From: Tubiluchus corallicola
Taxonomy: Eukaryota; Animalia; Priapulida
Length of the DNA: 29,856 nucleotides
Direction: 5' to 3'
NCBI GenBank assembly: GCA_030141605.1
Contig: JAQGDQ010001679.1
Span: 1-29,856 of the forward strand
Below are positions 22,803-29,856 of this stretch, piece after piece (the stretch's first letter is position 1; every line of letters starts with the position of its first letter). Made by a program: the position numbers and the translations under genes. Below the pieces are notes generated by a model. The model was not told the DNA's origin and searched no databases. It saw only the letters and a list, made by a program, of their open reading frames with translations.

Positions 22803-23744
22803 ATAGGATACCGATGAATTGACTTGTACTAAATAGTAATTCATAGGCTACCGATGAAGTGACTTGTACTAAATAGTAATTCATAGGCTACCGATGAAGT
22901 GACTTGTACTAAATAGTAATTCATAGGCTACCGATGAATTGACTTGTACTAAATAGTAATTCATAGGCTACCGATGATTTGCTTGTACTTCATAAGCTAC
23001 CGATGAGTTGACTTGTACTAAATAGTAATTTATAGGCTACCGATGAAAAGACTTGTACGGAATAGTAATTCATAGGCTACCGATGAATTGACTTGTACTA
23101 AATAGTAATTCATAGGCTACCGATGAAAAGACTTGTACGGAATAGTAATTCATTGGCTACCGATGAGATAACTTGTACTGAATAGTAATTCATAGGCTAC
23201 CGATGAATTGACTTGTACTGAATAGTAATTCATAGGCTACCGATGAATTGACTTGTACTGAATAGTAATTCGTAGGCTACCGATGAGATAACTTGTACTA
23301 AGTAGTAATTCATAGGCTACCAATGAATTGACTTGTACTGAATAGTAATTCATAGGCTATTGATGAGATAACTTGTACTGAATAGTAATTCGTAGGCTAC
23401 CGATGAATTGACTTGTACTGAATAGTAATTCATAGGCTTCCGATGAATTGACTTGTACTGAATAGTAATTCATGGGCTACCGATGAGATAACTTGTACTA
23501 AGTAGTAATTCATAGGCTACCAATGAATTGACTTGTACTGAATAGTAATTCATAGGCTACCGATGAATTGACTTGTACTGAATAGTAATTCATAGGCTAC
23601 CGATGAGATAACTTGTACTGAGTAGTAATTCATAGGCTACCAATGAATTGACTTGTACTGAATAGTAATTCATAGGCTACCGATGAATTGACTTGTACTG
23701 AATAGTAATTCATAGGCTACCGATGAATTGACTTGTACTAAATA
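22803..23744. repeat. 40-bp minisatellite, about 24 copies (cataggctaccgatgaattgacttgtactgaatagtaatt)
   Basis: Direct tandem copies starting 36 nt after the exon 4 donor. Confidence 0.97.
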
Positions 23745-24617
23745 GTGCCCAAGAACTGACCACAGGTGTGAACGTGCACAAGAACTGACCGCAGGTGTTA
23801 ATGTGCACAAGAACTGGCCTCAGGTGTGAACGTGCACAAGAACTGACCACTGGTGTAAACGTGCACAAGAACTGACCACAGGTGTGAACGTGCACAAGAA
23901 CTGCCTGCAGTTGTGAACATGCACAAGAACTGACTACAGGTGTGAACGTGCCCAAGAACTGACCACAGGTGTGAATGTGCACAAGAACTGACCACAGGTG
24001 TGAACGTGCACAAGAACTGACCGCAGGTGTGAACATGTACAAGAACTGACTGCAGGTGTGAACGTGCACATGAACTGACCACAGGTGCGAACGTGCACAA
24101 GAACTGACCACAGGCGTGAACGTGCACAAGAACTGACCACAGGTGTGAACATGTACAAGAACTGACTGCAGGTGTGAACGTGCACAAGAACTGACCACAG
24201 GTGTGAATGTGCACAAGAACTGACCACAGGTGTGAACATGTACAAGAACTGACTGCAGGTGTGAACGTGCACAAGAACTGACCACAGGTGTGAACATGTA
24301 CAAGAACTGACTGCAGGTGTGAACGTGCACAAGAACTGACCACAGGTGTGAACGTGTACAAGAACTGTATGCAGGTGTGAACGTGCACAAGAACTGACTG
24401 CAGGTGTGAACATGCACAAGAACTGACCACAGGTGTGAACGTGCACAAGAACTGACCACAGGTGTGAACGTGCACAAGAACTGACTACAGCAGTCACTGC
24501 TGTACTGTTGAATCACGGCTGATTTGCCGATAACTGACCACAGGTGTGAACGCGTACAAGAACTGACCACAGCAGTCACTGCTGTACTGTTGAATCACGG
24601 CTGATTTGCTGATAACT
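23745..24617. repeat. 29-bp minisatellite, about 26 copies (gtgcacaagaactgaccacaggtgtgaac), ending in a duplicated ~82-bp unit
   Basis: Direct tandem copies abutting the 40-bp array with no spacer; cagcagtcactgctgtactgttgaatcacggctgatttg occurs twice at the end. Confidence 0.95.
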
Positions 24618-25447
24618 GTCCAAATTGAATAAGAGCCGCTCGTTAACGTTCCATCATTGGAGATATTGAACGTGACAATTTACTTTGCCTTATGCATAGA
24701 CCTGTTCCGATAAATAATTCAGTGAAAGTTTAAATTAAGGTTACTTAAATTTTCTTGACTATCTTGTAAAGAATCACTTACCGTGTTTAAAATATCTTAA
24801 TTTTCTCTAGTTAGCTGCCAGAAATTGCAAAATATTTGTTTTGCCCGTTTGTCAAAAATAATATATTTTTTCATATTTTAAGTACAAAATGAAAAATACG
24901 AAAACGATTCTAGTAAAATAAATTAAGAAAGTTGGTATAAATAAGTTTTAGTTTGTAATACAATTAATAGTCATTAAAGTAAAACCTAATGTTAAACTGA
25001 AGGCCAAAACAATCTAGTCTTTAAAATGTTGAAAGCAAACCAACTATTTTTTAAAGAATAACTTACATTAAAGAATAATTACCACGCAAATGCACATTTG
25101 TGTTCGCACAGCTAGTTTTTCTAGTTCCTGCATTCGAAAAGTGTTGCACAAAAAACAGGTGCTGTACCTCTCAGTTTAGATGTATTTCTTTGTGACAGCT
25201 CGTTCATGATTACAGCGGTGAATTTGAAATTTGAATTTTTATCTAAAACTTGCCGAGTTTTTGCACAACACACTGAATATCTTACAGTAAAACTGTACTT
25301 CAGGTTTCTCTTTCGCAAACACGTGCAATGCGCTCATCTTACACGAAAGTGCGGCAGTGTATGAAAAATCATCCTGTCTTCCTTTAAACACTACAATGAA
25401 TGTACAAGTGAAACCATCATTTGTGCAACTTCTAACGCTACTTAGAT

Positions 25448-26649
25448 TTGCTACAGTTTACTAGTGCTACAGTTTACTTGCTACAGTTTACTAGTGCTAC
25501 AGTTTACTTGCTGCAGTTTACTAATGCTACAGTTTACTTGCTACAGTTTACTTGCTACAGTTTACTAATGCTACAGTTTACTTGCTACAGTTTACTTGCT
25601 ACAGTTTACTTGCTACAGTTTACTTGCTACAGTTTACTAATGCTACAGTTTACTAATGCTACAGTTTACTAATGCTACAGTTTACTAATGCTACAGTTTA
25701 CTAATGCTACAGTTTACTTGCTACAGTTTACTTGCTACAGTTTACTTGCTACAGTTTACTTGCTACAGTTTACTAATGCTACAGTTTACTTGCTACAGTT
25801 TACTTGCTACAGTTTACTTGCTACAGTTTACTAATGCTACAGTTTACTTGCTACAGTTTACTATGCTACAGTTTACTTGCTACAGTTTACTAATGCTACA
25901 GTTTACTAATGCTACAGTTTACTTGCTACAGTTTACTTGCTACAGTTTACTTGCTACAGTTTACTAATGCTACAGTTTACTTGCTACAGTTTATTTGCTA
26001 CAGTTTACTTGCTACAGTTTATTTGCTACAGTTTACTAGTGCTACAGTTTACTTGCTACAGTTTACTTGCTACAGTTTACTAATGCTACAGTTTACTTGC
26101 TACAGTTTACTAATGCTAGAGTTTACTTGCTACAGTTTACTAATGCTACAGTTTACTTGCTACAGTTTACTAATGCTAGAGTTTACTTGCTACAGTTTAC
26201 TTGCTACAGTTTACTAGTGCTACAGTTTACTTGCTACAGTTTACTTGCTACAGTTTACTTGCTACAGTTTACTTGCTACAGTTTACTTGCTACAGTTTAC
26301 TTGCTACAGTTTACTTGCTACAGTTTACTAATGCTACAGTTTACTTGCTACAGTTTACTAATGCTACAGTTTACTTGCTACAGTTTACTTGCTACAGTTT
26401 ACTTGCTACAGTTTACTAATGCTACAGTTTACTTGCTACAGTTTACTTGCTACAGTTTACTAATGCTACAGTTTACTTGCTACAGTTTACTAGTGCTACA
26501 GTTTACTTGCTACAGTTTACTTGCTACAGTTTACTTGCTACAGTTTACTTGCTACAGTTTACTAATGCTACAGTTTACTTGCTACAGTTTACTTGCTACA
26601 GTTTACTATGCTACAGTTTACTTGCTACAGTTTACTTGCTACAGTTTAC
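25448..26649. repeat. 14/16-bp minisatellite (ttgctacagtttac / taatgctacagtttac), about 80 copies
   Basis: Two interspersed unit lengths; ends exactly at the inversion junction. Confidence 0.97.
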
Positions 26650-26731
26650 CACCTGAGGCCAGTTCTTGTGCACATTAACACCTGCGGTCAGTTCTTGTGC
26701 ACGTTCACACCTGTGGTCAGTTCTTGGGCAC

Positions 26732-27674
26732 TATTTAGTACAAGTCAATTCATCGGTAGCCTATGAATTACTATTCAGTACAAGTCAATTCATCGGTAGC
26801 CTATGAATTACTATTCAGTACAAGTCAATTCATTGGTAGCCTATGAATTACTACTCAGTACAAGTTATCTCATCGGTAGCCTATGAATTACTATTCAGTA
26901 CAAGTCAATTCATCGGTAGCCTATGAATTACTATTCAGTACAAGTCAATTCATTGGTAGCCTATGAATTACTACTTAGTACAAGTTATCTCATCGGTAGC
27001 CCATGAATTACTATTCAGTACAAGTCAATTCATCGGAAGCCTATGAATTACTATTCAGTACAAGTCAATTCATCGGTAGCCTACGAATTACTATTCAGTA
27101 CAAGTTATCTCATCAATAGCCTATGAATTACTATTCAGTACAAGTCAATTCATTGGTAGCCTATGAATTACTACTTAGTACAAGTTATCTCATCGGTAGC
27201 CTACGAATTACTATTCAGTACAAGTCAATTCATCGGTAGCCTATGAATTACTATTCAGTACAAGTCAATTCATCGGTAGCCTATGAATTACTATTCAGTA
27301 CAAGTTATCTCATCGGTAGCCAATGAATTACTATTCCGTACAAGTCTTTTCATCGGTAGCCTATGAATTACTATTTAATACAAGTCAATTCATCGGTAGC
27401 CTATGAATTACTATTCCGTACAAGTCTTTTCATCGGTAGCCTATAAATTACTATTTAGTACAAGTCAACTCATCGGTAGCTTATGAAGTACAAGCAAATC
27501 ATCGGTAGCCTATGAATTACTATTTAGTACAAGTCAATTCATCGGTAGCCTATGAATTACTATTTAGTACAAGTCACTTCATCGGTAGCCTATGAATTAC
27601 TATTTAGTACAAATCACTTCATCGGTAGCCTATGAATTACTATTTAGTACAAGTCAATTCATCGGTATCCTATG
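26732..27674. repeat. Mirror of the 40-bp minisatellite
   Basis: Reverse complement of 22803..23744 with the same variant order and a few substitutions. Confidence 0.96.
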
Positions 27675-27709
27675 TTTAGTGCAGTTTTTTCAAATGAAAT
27701 GACCCATAC

Positions 27710-27852
27710 TTGCGAATTTCTTGACCATAATCCAGTCCGTGTTCAATGACGTGGTTTGCATTGTCCTTGATGTTCTCATGCTTGTCTTTAGAAGCAGTTC
27801 CAAACAATGTCACGTTATCCAGGGTTTTACACAGTTGAGAAACAGCGTGACC
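27710..27852 (-). CDS. VAT1L: Second, inverted copy of VAT1L-like exon 4 (duplicate gene fragment or mis-joined allele)
   Basis: Reverse complement of 22624..22766 with intact AG/GT sites. The only differences I found are CTG>TTG (Leu) and GCT>GCA (Ala), both synonymous. Confidence 0.8.
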
Positions 27853-27902
27853 CTAGAAATAAGTTATAAGAACAGAGTCATTCAATAATCAGAAGCACGT
27901 AA

Positions 27903-28515
27903 ATGAAAAGCACAAGCCTTCTAGGAGGTTAGACTTATTTCAATGTTCACAAAAAATGTTAGAAGGATTTAGTAATAAAACTGCAATAAGCGCCTCGTGT
28001 AATTAGTAAAAATTACTTTAAAGTCGCGATCACTTCACGCTTGGGCGCTCTCATTTTCAATGACCATTCTTGTTCCAATGACGTCATTCATTCTTCTTCC
28101 AGTGACGTCATTCGTCTTGAAGAAAACTAGTGCACTGTCAATCTTCGTCAAAAGTATAAAACAAGTTTTTACAAAAAAATTAGATACCTAATTTGGTATT
28201 TTTTTTTTCGTGAACATTAGGTAAGCTGCAGAAGTCTGAATTAGTTTAATCAGGGCACGCTTACGGAAAGCCACGACGAGCTTATGGAAAGTCATAAAGT
28301 CTCCCAGTTACGTCATGATTTTCAAGTGAATGGCGGCAACCACGACGCCTGAAGATTTATATTCAGAAGGTGAATATTTTAAATTTATGCTTAAGTGATA
28401 ACAGTAAAATAAATGCAACATGCTGAGTGACTTGATCTTTCCTCTAGCACACCACAAACAGTTTCAGTGATAACAGTACAATAAACCCAACAAAATAAGT
28501 GACTTGTTCTTTCCT
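27903..28515 (-). mobile_element. Mirror copy of the T2/Kolobok-like MITE in the right arm
   Basis: Reverse complement of 21923..22573, with only 2 internal gacgtca units and a patch of substitutions. Confidence 0.7.
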
Positions 28516-28593
28516 TTAAAACCATCAGCGAAACAACATAACATCGTTCATATGTTGACAATGTCAAATTAGTTTTATCTGGCACAACTAAAA

Positions 28594-29169
28594 TGCCAAG
28601 CAAAGAACACATGTACAGCTTACATTAGCCAGTAATACTGCTGCCAAGCAAAGAACACATGTACAGCTTACATTAGCCAGTAATACTGCTGCCAAGCAAA
28701 GAACACATGTACAGCTTACATTAGCCAGTAATACTGCCGCCAAGCAAAGAACACATGTACAGCTTACATTAGCCAGTAATACTGCTGCCAAGCAAAGAAC
28801 ACATGTACAGCTTACATTAGCCAGTAATACTGCTGCCAAGCAAAGAACACATGTACAGCTTACATTAGCCAGTAATACTGCTGCCAAGCAAAGAACACAT
28901 GTACATCTTACATTAGCCAGTAATACTGCTGCCAAGCAAAGAACACATGTACAGCTTACATTAGCCAGTAATACTGCTGCCAAGCAAAGAACACATGTAC
29001 AGCTTACATTAGCCAGTAATACTGCTGCCAAGCAAAGAACACATGTACAGCTTACATTAGCCAGTAATACTGCTGCCAAGCAAAGAACACATGTACAGCT
29101 TACATTAGCCAGTAATACTGCTGCCAAGCAAAGAACACAGGTAGAGCTTACATTAGCCAGTAATACTGC
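28594..29169. repeat. Mirror of the 48-bp minisatellite, x12
   Basis: 576 bp / 48 = 12 units, one fewer than in the left arm. Confidence 0.96.
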
Positions 29170-29461
29170 ATAAAACTTGTAAATCTAAACTCCCATTCTG
29201 ACATTTAGGCCCAGTCATTAAATCTGCCAGTCATTGAGGAAGAATTTGAAGCAAATTCAGATAATATTGCATATATTTTAAAAAATAATCAAGCAAAACA
29301 TACTTTAAAGCACCAATTACTTTAAATTATCAGTAAGACCAATAATAAGTTTAAGGTGAGACAGTGAAGCATACTGGGATAGATTTATTAAAAAGTCTTT
29401 CAAATAACTTTGAAAAATAACTTTGTAAGGAAAATTTTTTAGATAATCCCTTTTTATCTCA

Positions 29462-29793
29462 TTTACTCAGCAAAACGAGTACAGTACTAAGATGTACTCA
29501 GCACTCAGGAAAAGCACTCAGCAGAATTAGTGCAGTACTAAGATGTACTCAGCACTCAGCAAAAGTACTCAGCAGAATTAGTGCAGTACTAAGATGTACT
29601 CAGCACTCAGGAAAAGCACTCAGCAGAATTAGTACAGTACTAAGATGTACTCAGCACTCAGCAGAATCAGTACAGTACTAAGATGTACTCAGCACTCAGC
29701 AGAATTAGTACAGTACTAAGATGTACTCAGCACTCAGCAGAATTAGTACAGTACTAAAATGTTGTCAGTACTCAGCAGAATTAGTACAGTACA
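29462..29793. repeat. Mirror of the 38-bp minisatellite
   Basis: Units agatgtactcagcactcagcagaattagtacagtacta, plus private variants (caggaaaagcactc). Confidence 0.92.
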
Positions 29794-29856
29794 TTACCAC
29801 AAAGTTGTGAATATACAAGATTACAGATGTCTGGCTTCGACTATAAATAATAAATT

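Larger units (their letters stand above)
20534..23826 (+). repeat. Left arm of long inverted duplication (VAT1L intron 3, exon 4, start of intron 4)
   Basis: Reverse complement of 26650..29856: same order of 38-bp array, unique DNA, 48-bp array, MITE, exon 4, 40-bp array and first units of the 29-bp array. Identical 73-aa ORFs at 21826(+) and 28391(-). Confidence 0.95.
26650..29856 (-). repeat. Right arm of long inverted duplication; runs off the window end
   Basis: Begins abruptly at cacctgaggccagttc (reverse complement of gaactggcctcaggtg, 23811-23826) straight after the 14/16-bp array. The window end corresponds to position 20534, 14 nt short of exon 3. Confidence 0.95.

Noticed and set aside
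22803-23744. Hammerhead ribozyme in the 40-bp satellite (ccgatga...)
   Set aside because: The core is CCGAUGA rather than CUGAUGA, and there is no properly placed GAAA or three-stem fold in the unit.
22803-24490. 40-bp and 29-bp arrays as CRISPR-like arrays
   Set aside because: Units are head-to-tail with no unique spacers, there are no cas genes, and the context is a spliceosomal intron.
21263-29127. Long periodic ORFs (195, 289, 225, 187, 203, 179 aa and others)
   Set aside because: All coincide with the 48-, 29- and 14/16-bp minisatellites, are often open in several frames, and lack splice or domain evidence.

Overview
AT-rich, repeat-dense eukaryotic (most likely invertebrate animal) genomic DNA, not prokaryotic. 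It holds two intron-containing genes on the + strand. (1) The last five coding exons of a WDR24 (GATOR2/Sea2) orthologue, 3560..11302, ending in the C-terminal zinc-finger/RING region. (2) The first four coding exons of a VAT1L-like (VAT-1 homolog, MDR/quinone-oxidoreductase family) gene, 14174..22766. All exons were joined by hand through GT-AG sites with consistent phases. The VAT1L gene then runs into a 3.2-3.3 kb inverted duplication (20534..23826 vs 26650..29856, continuing off the window) carrying a second, minus-strand copy of exon 4 with only two synonymous changes; no exon 5 is visible between the arms. The introns are packed with about ten different micro/minisatellites and several non-autonomous DNA transposons (Tigger/pogo-like, hAT-like with an 8-bp TSD, TTAA-flanked T2/Kolobok-like, palindromic MITEs), plus a CR1-like LINE 3' fragment. 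A 5'-truncated 5S rRNA sequence fused to a structured body (candidate SINE3) lies antisense just past the WDR24 stop. Most ORFs in the supplied track are artefacts of tandem repeats. I see no convincing new protein-coding system. The most notable signals are the VAT1L fold-back, the 5S-derived element, a satellite apparently arising from a transposon terminus (1, 2 and about 13 units), and the clustering of arrays just downstream of splice donors. All identifications are by eye and from recalled family motifs; no database searches were run.
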